This document shows, piece by piece, positions 20,517 to 28,524 of a stretch of 64,000 bases of DNA. Position numbers and translations under genes: made by a program. Source of the stretch: an uncultured Christensenella sp. Lineage in GTDB: Bacteria > Bacillota > Clostridia > Christensenellales > UBA3700. The stretch covers positions 192,738 to 256,737 of the forward strand of contig CASERZ010000001.1 in assembly GCA_949290515.1 (NCBI GenBank). The letters are read 5' to 3'. The notes beneath the pieces are model-generated. The model was not told the DNA's origin and made no database searches. It saw only the letters and a list, made by a program, of their open reading frames with translations. Every line of letters starts with the position of its first letter. The stretch's first letter is position 1.

Positions 20517-20868
20517 AATATTGTATCGGTATAGAGATATTGCAACAGTAAAAAGATAATGTTATAAAGCAATTCAAATTCAATAATATGCTTTGAAACA
20601 TTCAAAAAACAAAATTTAATACGTTTTAATATTGATAATATAAAATATATAGCCCGGTCAACAAATTCATATTTGACGATGAGAGAATAAACCTGAATCC
20701 CTGTGGTGTTGTAAATCTTGAGATTAATTATAAGCGTTTGAATAAGATTATAATGCTTCTGCAATTAAAAAATTGTCGTTTTAAAGTAAATTTCGTAACG
20801 CTTTGTCTAAAATATTACAAGAGTTATAATTTTTATCAAATTTTATTGTAATTTTGTGCGTATTTTGC

Positions 20869-20897
20869 TTGCAAAAAATTGCAATAACAAATATAAT
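20869..20897 (+). promoter_or_regulatory. Sigma-A type promoter for the decarboxylase operon
   Basis: TTGCAA (20869-20874), 17-nt spacer, TATAAT (20892-20897). Confidence 0.5.
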
Positions 20898-20986
20898 GAT
20901 TATGATTGCAAAATAGGTGATTTTTTTGACAATCCTAATATCTTGTTAACAAATTCAATTATATACACAACATTTTGGAGGTTTTT

Positions 20987-22465
20987 ATGGAGAACAATAA
21001 ACTCTTGGCTAACGTGAACGCTATCGACAAAGCTACTTCGGGTACGAAGTCGTTCATTCAGAGCATCGTCGATTGCGAAAGTTTTGTCGAGACTGATGTT
21101 TTTCTTACTGGCAAGAGCTTTGACAGTGCTACCGAAGCGTTGGGTGAGGGCGTGGTTACCGGATATGCAACAATCAATGGTAATCCCGTCCATATTTTTG
21201 CCCAAAACGCAGACGTGCTCAAAGGCAGCCTCAGCGAAGCTCACGCAAATAAGATTTACAAGTGTATGCAAAGAGCCGTTAAGGCCGGTACTCCTCTCAT
21301 CTCTGTCATTGACAGCTGCGGCGCGAGAGTCGGTGAGGGTGCAAGCGTTATGGAAGGTTATGCAAAACTCATAGCCGGCGGCTTCGAGCTTTCGGACGAA
21401 GTTCCTCATATCTGTATCGTCAAGGGCGTTGCAGTAGGTATGATGGCTACTTACGTTGCAGGTGCGGACTTTGTATTTATGTCCAAGGATGCTGTTATGT
21501 CCGTCAATTCGCCTATGTACCTCGTATCCGACGCTAAGTCGTTCCCTGTTGACTACAAGGCTAAACTCGGATTCAAGGCTTACAGCGCAAACAGCGATAT
21601 GGCTCAGTTTGTATACAACAGCGACAAGGATTTGCAGGAGAAATTGCAGAAACTGTTGAATACTTTGCTTACCGATGAGGGAGAAGCAGAGGACGACCCC
21701 AACAGAGTAGACCCCAAACTCGAAAAGAAACTTACCGCTATTCAGAGAATTGAAAGCGTATGCGATAAAAAGAGCGTGGTAGAGTATTGCCCCGATTATG
21801 CAAGCGACGTAGTTTGCGCTCTTGCAAAACTCAACGGCATCTCTGTCGGTGTAGTTGCTACTCAGGGTGACTATATGACCGAAAAGGGTCTTGAAAAAGC
21901 AAACGGCTTTATTCAGAAACTCGAGGCATACAATCTTCCTTTGATTACTCTCGTTGATTCTTTGGGCGCAAACGCTAATCTCGAACAGGAAATCGGCGGT
22001 TTTGCTAAAAAGACCAGTGCACTTATGAAGACTATCGCTACCAGCAGCATAGCAAAAATCGGCGTAGCAGTAGGCAATGCCGTAGGATATGCATACAGCG
22101 CGCTTATGAGCAAGGCAATCGGCTTTGACTATACATTGGCTACCGCAGGCGCAGTCGTTGCTCCCGTAGGTATGGACGTAACGAAGATTATCGCTACCGA
22201 CCAACTCAAAGAAGCAAAGAAGACCGCTAAGGAACTTGCTAAGAAAGAAGGAGTTGACGCAAACGCTCTCGAGAAAGCTCTCGCTTATCTCAAGAAGGTA
22301 GAAGAAGGTCTCTCCGTAAAAGGTAAGACTCAGGAAGAGGTGTATGCAGAAATGCAGACCAATCCTTTGCTCGCGGCTAAAGACGGTTATATCGACAACG
22401 TAATCGAGGCTACCAACATAAGACCTTATCTCGCATCGGCTTTGTTGATGGTACTCGGTATTTGA
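20987..22465 (+). CDS. Divergent acyl-CoA carboxyltransferase (12S / MmdA / GcdA superfamily)
   Basis: GEGVVTGYATINGNPVHIFAQN and SVIDSCGARVGEG resemble the N-domain of carboxyltransferases, and the second half is also CT-like. Start moved to the ATG at 20987 after GGAGG; the track starts at the TTG at 20975. Confidence 0.75.
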   Translation: MENNKLLANVNAIDKATSGTKSFIQSIVDCESFVETDVFLTGKSFDSATEALGEGVVTGYATINGNPVHIFAQNADVLKGSLSEAHANKIYKCMQRAVKAGTPLISVIDSCGARVGEGASVMEGYAKLIAGGFELSDEVPHICIVKGVAVGMMATYVAGADFVFMSKDAVMSVNSPMYLVSDAKSFPVDYKAKLGFKAYSANSDMAQFVYNSDKDLQEKLQKLLNTLLTDEGEAEDDPNRVDPKLEKKLTAIQRIESVCDKKSVVEYCPDYASDVVCALAKLNGISVGVVATQGDYMTEKGLEKANGFIQKLEAYNLPLITLVDSLGANANLEQEIGGFAKKTSALMKTIATSSIAKIGVAVGNAVGYAYSALMSKAIGFDYTLATAGAVVAPVGMDVTKIIATDQLKEAKKTAKELAKKEGVDANALEKALAYLKKVEEGLSVKGKTQEEVYAEMQTNPLLAAKDGYIDNVIEATNIRPYLASALLMVLGI

Positions 22466-22478
22466 CGTGAGGTGAGTT

Positions 22479-22943
22479 ATGAAACAACCTATGTCTAAGA
22501 AAAAAGTAGTCAAACTCGTCATATTTTTGGTAATCGCGCTTGCGTTGCTTGCGGGACTGATATATCTTATGGTCGTTGACCAGGATTACGGCTCTCCCGA
22601 TAAGCTCGAAATAGGTGGCAAGAACTTCGGTGAGAGACTGTGGATAGGTATACAGGTAGCGTTGCTCGGTATGGGTATAGTATTCATAATGCTTATTGTC
22701 CTTATTCTCTTTGTCAACGTTTTGCGTTATCTTATGGAAGGCGTCAAGAAGCTTGGCGCAAATAAAGCTGAAAAGAAGGTTACCAAATTGCCCGCTCCCG
22801 AAACGGTACTTCAAATAGAAGGCAACACCGAAGAGGAAGTGGTTGCGGTAATCACCGCCGCTATCGCGGCATACTACGACGCACAGGAGCCTGTTTATAT
22901 GTCAAATCTCAAGTTCCGCGTCCGTTCAATCAAGGAAATTTAA
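22479..22943 (+). CDS. OadG/MmdD/GcdD-like small membrane subunit of a Na+-translocating decarboxylase
   Basis: Membrane helix with GMGIVFIMLIVLI and the C-terminal EEEVVAVITAAIAAYY motif characteristic of OadG-family proteins. Confidence 0.75.
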   Translation: MKQPMSKKKVVKLVIFLVIALALLAGLIYLMVVDQDYGSPDKLEIGGKNFGERLWIGIQVALLGMGIVFIMLIVLILFVNVLRYLMEGVKKLGANKAEKKVTKLPAPETVLQIEGNTEEEVVAVITAAIAAYYDAQEPVYMSNLKFRVRSIKEI

Positions 22944-22969
22944 CAATCTAACAGATAGGAGAAAATATT

Positions 22970-23356
22970 ATGCGTAAATTCAATATCAACGTAAACGGAA
23001 AATCTTATGCAGTAGAAGTAGAAGAAATCGGCGGCGACGCTGTTGCTTCTGCTCCCGTAAAAGCCATTCCCGTGGCTTCCACTCCCGTGGCTTCCGCTCC
23101 CGTGGCTTCCGCTCCCGTAGCTCCCGCAGCTGCTCCCCAAGGCGCAGGTAAGCCTGTAAATTCGCCTATGCCCGGCCTTGTTAAGAAACTCTGCTTCTCC
23201 AACGGCGCAACCGTTAAAGAAGGAGATACCATCATTATTCTCGAGGCTATGAAGATGGATACTCCTATATCCGCTCCCAGCGCAGGCGTTATCACTTATT
23301 CTACGTCCGAAGGCACCAACGTAGATACCGGTGCGGTACTTTGCACTATTGCATAA
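22970..23356 (+). CDS. Biotin carboxyl carrier subunit (1.3S/MmdC/GcdC-like)
   Basis: Ala/Pro-rich linker followed by a biotinyl domain with the EAMKM biotinylation motif. Confidence 0.88.
   Translation: MRKFNINVNGKSYAVEVEEIGGDAVASAPVKAIPVASTPVASAPVASAPVAPAAAPQGAGKPVNSPMPGLVKKLCFSNGATVKEGDTIIILEAMKMDTPISAPSAGVITYSTSEGTNVDTGAVLCTIA
23069..23128 (+). repeat. 15-bp in-frame tandem repeat (3 near-perfect copies plus 1 degenerate)
   Basis: CCCGTGGCTTCC(A/G)CT repeated; it encodes the PVAS(T/A) units of the carrier-protein linker. Confidence 0.85.
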
Positions 23357-23376
23357 TGAATTGATTTGGAGGCAAA

Positions 23377-24777
23377 ATGTTTAGCTTAGTTACGACACTA
23401 CAATCGAACTTGATGGTAGATTCGCTTAAAAACTTGTGGTACAGCACAGGCTTTATGACGTCGTTGACCCCTTTGTGGCAAAACTTCGTTATGATGGCAA
23501 TCGCGTGCGTACTCATTTACCTTGCGGTAGTAAAAGAGTTTGAGCCTAATCTTCTTCTTGCCATCGGTTTCGGTATGTTTATTATCAATATTCCGGGTGC
23601 GTACAACATTTTGTACGGTACGTACGGATATACGTTCGAGGGTGTTATCGACGGTACAAAACAAGTATTGGAGTACAACGGAACGATGTTGGACGGTTTG
23701 ACTATAAACAAACTCGCCGAATTGTTCAATGTTGATATTACCAATCTCAGTTTGCTGGATAAGGTAGCAGCCGTGGAAAACGCCGCTGAAACAGCGTTGA
23801 AGGGCTTGTATCCTACAATGACTGACTTAACGGTTTCTCACGAGGTAGTCGCAGACCAAGGTCTCTTCTTCTATCTCTACAAGGGCGTTGAATGGGTTAT
23901 TTACCCTCCGTTGATATTCCTCGGAATAGGCGCAATGACCGACTTCGGTCCGCTTATCGCAAACCCCAAATCACTGATTATGGGTGCTGCGGCTCAGCTC
24001 GGTATTTTCGTTACCTTTATAATAGCTATCAATATAGGATTTACGGGTGAGGAAGCTTCCGCTATCGGTATTATCGGCGGTGCAGACGGTCCTACGGCAA
24101 TTTACGTAACCGTAAAACTCGCGGCGCACTTGTTGCCTGCGATATCTGTTGCGGCTTACTCGTATATGGCACTCATAAAGCTTATTCAGCCTCCTATTAT
24201 GAGACTTCTTACCACCAAGAAGGAGAGAGGTATCATAATGGAACAGCTCCGTCCCGTATCCAAGGCAGAAAAGGTAGTTTTCCCTATCGCAGTTACGGGT
24301 ATAGTAGGTCTCATACTTCCTTCGGCTATTCCTCTTATCGGTATGCTGATGCTCGGTAACCTTATGAAAGAATCCGAAGTCGTTCCCAGACTTACAAATA
24401 CCGCTAAAAACGAACTTATCAATATCATTACGATATTGCTCGGCGTAATAGTAGGTTCAAAGGCTACGGCTGACGTATTCCTTAACTTGCAGACCTTGCT
24501 CATCATCATTATCGGTGTATTCGCATTTGCGTTCGGTACGGCAGGCGGATTGCTTATCGGTAAAGTTATGTGTGTATTCTCCAAGGGTAAAATCAATCCT
24601 CTTATCGGTTCGGCAGGCGTTTCCGCCGTTCCTATGGCAGCGAGAATTTCTCACAACTTAGGTCAGGAAGAAAACCCCGGCAACTACCTCCTGATGCACG
24701 CTATGGGTCCTAACGTCGCAGGCGTTATAGGCTCGGCAGTTGCGGCAGGCGTATTGCTGGCTATCTTCGGAGCTTAA
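23377..24777 (+). CDS. Na+-translocating decarboxylase beta subunit (OadB/MmdB/GcdB family)
   Basis: Polytopic membrane protein with GIIGGADGPTAIY and SAGVSAVPMAARISH motifs typical of the beta subunit. Confidence 0.88.
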   Translation: MFSLVTTLQSNLMVDSLKNLWYSTGFMTSLTPLWQNFVMMAIACVLIYLAVVKEFEPNLLLAIGFGMFIINIPGAYNILYGTYGYTFEGVIDGTKQVLEYNGTMLDGLTINKLAELFNVDITNLSLLDKVAAVENAAETALKGLYPTMTDLTVSHEVVADQGLFFYLYKGVEWVIYPPLIFLGIGAMTDFGPLIANPKSLIMGAAAQLGIFVTFIIAINIGFTGEEASAIGIIGGADGPTAIYVTVKLAAHLLPAISVAAYSYMALIKLIQPPIMRLLTTKKERGIIMEQLRPVSKAEKVVFPIAVTGIVGLILPSAIPLIGMLMLGNLMKESEVVPRLTNTAKNELINIITILLGVIVGSKATADVFLNLQTLLIIIIGVFAFAFGTAGGLLIGKVMCVFSKGKINPLIGSAGVSAVPMAARISHNLGQEENPGNYLLMHAMGPNVAGVIGSAVAAGVLLAIFGA

Positions 24778-24812
24778 AAGCTAGAAGACAATATCATTAA
24801 AAGAGGTATATT

Positions 24813-26210
24813 ATGGTTAAAATTACAGAAACAATTTTGCGTGACGCTCACCAATCGCAGGCAGCTACCCGTATGAGACTCGACGAGATGTTGCCTATGT
24901 GCGAAAAGCTCGACAACGCAGGTTATTATTCAATAGAATGTTGGGGCGGTGCTACTTTCGACTCTTGCCTCAGATTCCTCAACGAGGACCCTTGGGAGAG
25001 ATTGAGAGCTCTCAGAAAAGCTATGCCCAAAACAAAACTTCAGATGCTTTTCAGAGGACAAAACATTCTCGGATACAAGCACTATGCCGACGACGTAGTA
25101 GATGAGTTTGTAAAGAAAACTATCGAAAACGGTTGTGACATTCTCCGTATTTTCGACGCTCTTAACGACCCCAGAAATATGGAGCAGGCTATAAAGAGCT
25201 GTAAAAAATACGGCGGCATATGCGAGGCTGCGATTTCTTACACCACCAGCCCCGTTCATACCAACGAATACTTTATCAAACTCGCAAAGAAACTCGAAGA
25301 TATGGGTGCTGATAACATTTGTATCAAAGATATGGCGGGTATTCTCCTTCCTTATACCGCATACGACCTCGTAAAGGGTATGAAGAAAGTTTTGAAGCCC
25401 AAGACTTTGATTCACTTGCACACTCACCAGACTGCTGGTACGGGTAACCAAACTTATCTCAAAGCTATCGAAGCAGGCGTAGATATTATCGACTGCGCTC
25501 TCAGTGCTTTGGGTAACGGTACTTCTCAACCTGCTACCGAGCCTATGGTTGCTATCCTCAAGGGTACGCAGTACGATACGGGACTCGACGTAGCATATCT
25601 CAATGAGATATCCAACTACTTTAAGAAAGTTGCGGACAGACTTAAGGCAGACGGTTGGCTTACCGAAAAGTCGCTTGCTACCGACGTAAACGCACTTATC
25701 TATCAGGTTCCCGGCGGTATGCTTTCCAACCTCGTAGGTCAGCTTAAAAAGGCTAACGCTCTCGATAAATACGAACAAGTGCTTGCCGAAGTTCCCAATG
25801 TAAGAAAAGACCTCGGTTATCCTCCTCTCGTAACTCCTACCAGCCAAATCGTAGGTACTCAGGCTGTATTCAACGTGCTTGCAGGAGAGAGATATAAGAT
25901 GGTTTCCGCAGAAACCAAAGGCGTCTTGAAAGGAGAATACGGACAATTGCCCGCTGAGCCCGATCCCGCTATAGTTAAGAAAGTTTTGGGCAACGAAAAG
26001 AGAATTACTTGCAGACCCGCAGATTTGCTCAAGCCCGAACTCAGTAAATACCGCGAGGAAATCAAGGACTATATCCAGCAGGATGAAGACGTTTTGTCTT
26101 ACGCATTGTTCCCTCAGGTTGCACTCAACTTCTTCAAATACCGTCAGGCTCATCAGAAGCACGTAGACAGAGAAGTAGGCGATACCACAAAAGGTATTCA
26201 ACCCGTTTAA
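24813..26210 (+). CDS. Oxaloacetate decarboxylase alpha / transcarboxylase 5S-type carboxyltransferase, without a biotinyl domain
   Basis: N-terminal ITETILRDAHQS, plus the CIKDMAGIL and HLHTHQTAGTG TIM-barrel metal-site motifs. Ends at 465 aa with no A/EMKM motif. Confidence 0.88.
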   Translation: MVKITETILRDAHQSQAATRMRLDEMLPMCEKLDNAGYYSIECWGGATFDSCLRFLNEDPWERLRALRKAMPKTKLQMLFRGQNILGYKHYADDVVDEFVKKTIENGCDILRIFDALNDPRNMEQAIKSCKKYGGICEAAISYTTSPVHTNEYFIKLAKKLEDMGADNICIKDMAGILLPYTAYDLVKGMKKVLKPKTLIHLHTHQTAGTGNQTYLKAIEAGVDIIDCALSALGNGTSQPATEPMVAILKGTQYDTGLDVAYLNEISNYFKKVADRLKADGWLTEKSLATDVNALIYQVPGGMLSNLVGQLKKANALDKYEQVLAEVPNVRKDLGYPPLVTPTSQIVGTQAVFNVLAGERYKMVSAETKGVLKGEYGQLPAEPDPAIVKKVLGNEKRITCRPADLLKPELSKYREEIKDYIQQDEDVLSYALFPQVALNFFKYRQAHQKHVDREVGDTTKGIQPV

Positions 26211-26227
26211 TAAGATATGAATTTATT

Positions 26228-26260
26228 TTGACGGCTACCGCTAGGTAGCCGTCAATTTTA
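26228..26260 (+). terminator. Rho-independent terminator after the decarboxylase operon
   Basis: TTGACGGCTACC / GGTAGCCGTCAA 12-bp stem followed by TTTTA. Confidence 0.8.
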
Positions 26261-26428
26261 TCTGTTTTTATGCGTATGTTTTTAATTTGGCGATACAGAT
26301 AAATAAGTTGATTTAAGGATTTCTATATCAATACGCGAATACTCCTTGACGATTGTCGGCTAATTATCTTGAAAACACAAATTTATTATGTAATATATAC
26401 AGGTAAACAAAGTGTTGGTCAATAATCA

Positions 26429-26457
26429 TTTACATTTGTAATATTATTTGATAATAT
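26429..26457 (+). promoter_or_regulatory. Candidate promoter abutting the surE start (possible leaderless mRNA)
   Basis: TTTACA (26429-26434), 17-nt spacer, TAATAT (26452-26457), then 6 nt to the ATG at 26464. No Shine-Dalgarno. Confidence 0.35.
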
Positions 26458-26463
26458 GTATGT

Positions 26464-27213
26464 ATGAATATATTACTTGTCAATGACGACGGAGTTTACA
26501 GCAGCGGCATACTCACGCTCGCAAAAAAACTTTCCGTCAATCATAACGTTACTGTAGTCGCGCCTCAGAATCAGATGTCGGGTACAGGTCATTCAATGAC
26601 GCTGTACGGTTACGTCAATTTCAGCAAAATAAATATACTGGACGGTATAGATTGCTATATCGTAAGCGGAACTCCTGCTGACTGCGTAAAAGTCGCAGTC
26701 AATCTCATTTTGCCTAAAAAACCCGATTTGATTATCAGCGGAGTGAACAAGGGCTTTAATCTCGGTACCGACATAGTCTATTCTGGTACTGTAAACAGCG
26801 CGCTCGAAGGGGCAGTGCACGGCATAAAAGCCATTGCCGTATCTCAGGAATACGGACTTAGTGACTTTGAATTTTCCACGGATTTTATATTAAAAAACCT
26901 TGACGAATTTTATTCTTTTTTGCCTGAGGACGCTCAGACTATTTTAAATATCAATATTCCGTCCGACGATTTGAACATTATTAAGGGCGTTAAGTTTGCC
27001 AAGATAGGTAGAAAAATTTTTAAGGAAAACTACGCTTTCGAAGAAAATCTCGGTTACAGGGCGCATTGCCGTACTACACTTGCGGATAATACTACGCAAG
27101 AAGACGACGTATGGTTGTACGATAACGGTTATATTACGATATCTCCCGTCAAAAACGACTGGAACGACAAATTTTTCTACAATAAGCTCAAAGGAGAAAA
27201 GATAGAGCTATGA
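26464..27213 (+). CDS. surE: 5'/3'-nucleotidase SurE
   Basis: N-terminal MNILLVNDDGVYSSGI and GTPADCV motifs. Confidence 0.9.
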   Translation: MNILLVNDDGVYSSGILTLAKKLSVNHNVTVVAPQNQMSGTGHSMTLYGYVNFSKINILDGIDCYIVSGTPADCVKVAVNLILPKKPDLIISGVNKGFNLGTDIVYSGTVNSALEGAVHGIKAIAVSQEYGLSDFEFSTDFILKNLDEFYSFLPEDAQTILNINIPSDDLNIIKGVKFAKIGRKIFKENYAFEENLGYRAHCRTTLADNTTQEDDVWLYDNGYITISPVKNDWNDKFFYNKLKGEKIEL

Positions 27214-28448
27214 AAGTCGTGATAGTCGGGGGCGGCGCAAGCGGTATGATGTGCGCGGCACTTCTTAAAAAAGAAGACTGCGAAGTAGTGCTTATAGAGA
27301 AAAACGAGAAACTCGGGAAAAAACTTTTTATCACGGGTAAGGGCAGATGTAACCTTACAAACGATTGCACAATAGAAGATTTTTTGGCAAACATCGTTGT
27401 CAATTCCAAATTCGTTATGTCGGCGATTCACGGGTTTACGCCTCAGGACGTAATGGCGTTTTTTGAAGAAAATTCCTTAAAACTTAAAGTCGAAAGAGGC
27501 AACAGAGTTTTCCCCGAAAGCGATAAGTCGAGCGATGTTACAAAGTGTTTGGAAAGAGTTATAAAATCCAACAAAACTCAAATTTTGTTAAATACCCGAG
27601 TTGATAGGATTTTGACTGAAAACGGCATTGCTAAAGGTGTAATTACCGACACGGGTGCAGTAATTCTTGCAGATAAAGTTATCGTCGCAACAGGCGGAGT
27701 TTCATATTCTTCTACAGGCAGTACTGGTGACGGATACAGGTGGGCAAAAGCTCTGGGACACAATGTCGTAGATGTGCGTCCCGCACTCGTTCCGATACTT
27801 CTTAAAGAGACTTACGGGCTTCAGGGACTTAGTCTTAAAAACGTGTGTGCGAGCATTGTCAAAGACGGCAAAAAGCTGTACTCTCAATTCGGAGAAATGC
27901 TATTCACTCATAGCGGTGTGAGCGGACCTATAATACTCTCTCTGTCAAGCCTTATCAATAAGCATTACGACGGGAAAAAGTTCGACGGCAAATACACGCT
28001 TTGCGTGGATTTGAAACCTGCGCTTGCGCAAGAAACGCTAGATAACAGACTTTTAAGAGAATTTTCACAAAAAATAAATTGCGAAATCAAAAACGTTCTT
28101 CCCGAGCTTATGCCCAAAGCTTTGGTCAGCGTAGTGTTGGCTCAAGCGGGAATTAAACCTTCGCAGACCGTAAATTCTATCAGAAAAGAACAAAGAGATA
28201 AATTAGTCGGTACGATAAAAAATCTTATGTTTGACATTGCAGGACTTGAAAATATCAACGCGGGCATAATTACCAGCGGAGGAGTGGATTGTAAACAAAT
28301 CAATCCCAAAGATATGTCCAGCAAAATCGTACAAAATCTGTATTTTATAGGCGAAGTTTTGGATGTAGACGCGTTGACGGGCGGGTTTAATCTTCAGATT
28401 GCTTTTTGTACGGCGCATCAGGTTTGTGCGGCACTTATGCGTGCATAA
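27210..28448 (+). CDS. NAD(P)/FAD-dependent oxidoreductase, HI0933/YhiN/BaiN family flavoprotein
   Basis: GGGASG dinucleotide-binding motif, TGKGRCNLTN motif, ~410 aa. Confidence 0.82.
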   Translation: MKVVIVGGGASGMMCAALLKKEDCEVVLIEKNEKLGKKLFITGKGRCNLTNDCTIEDFLANIVVNSKFVMSAIHGFTPQDVMAFFEENSLKLKVERGNRVFPESDKSSDVTKCLERVIKSNKTQILLNTRVDRILTENGIAKGVITDTGAVILADKVIVATGGVSYSSTGSTGDGYRWAKALGHNVVDVRPALVPILLKETYGLQGLSLKNVCASIVKDGKKLYSQFGEMLFTHSGVSGPIILSLSSLINKHYDGKKFDGKYTLCVDLKPALAQETLDNRLLREFSQKINCEIKNVLPELMPKALVSVVLAQAGIKPSQTVNSIRKEQRDKLVGTIKNLMFDIAGLENINAGIITSGGVDCKQINPKDMSSKIVQNLYFIGEVLDVDALTGGFNLQIAFCTAHQVCAALMRA

Positions 28449-28524
28449 ATAAATATTGTTCGATAAGATTGCAAAATGTTGCAATATGGTTTAAAATATT
28501 GATAAATGTTTGAGAGAGGTTGTT

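Noticed and set aside
20489-20764. 91-aa minus-strand ORF in the AT-rich region after rluB.
   Set aside because: It overlaps the rluB terminator hairpin, has no Shine-Dalgarno and has Ile/Leu/Lys/Tyr-rich composition typical of random AT-rich frames.
20900-22522. 540-aa ORF antisense to the carboxyltransferase gene.
   Set aside because: It is in the frame exactly opposite the sense codons, so it stays open merely because the sense gene lacks TTA/CTA/TCA. The translation is Cys/Phe/Ser-rich with no recognisable motif, and the plus-strand gene has clear family motifs and a Shine-Dalgarno.
24930-26201. 423-aa ORF antisense to the 5S/OadA-type gene.
   Set aside because: Same codon-phase artefact. 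There are no motifs, and the sense gene is unambiguous.
26385-26420. ATTATGTAATATATACAGGTAAAC, which superficially recalls the B. subtilis dif right arm TTATGTAAACT.
   Set aside because: The two halves are direct rather than inverted, no left-arm match exists, and it lies within the surE promoter region.
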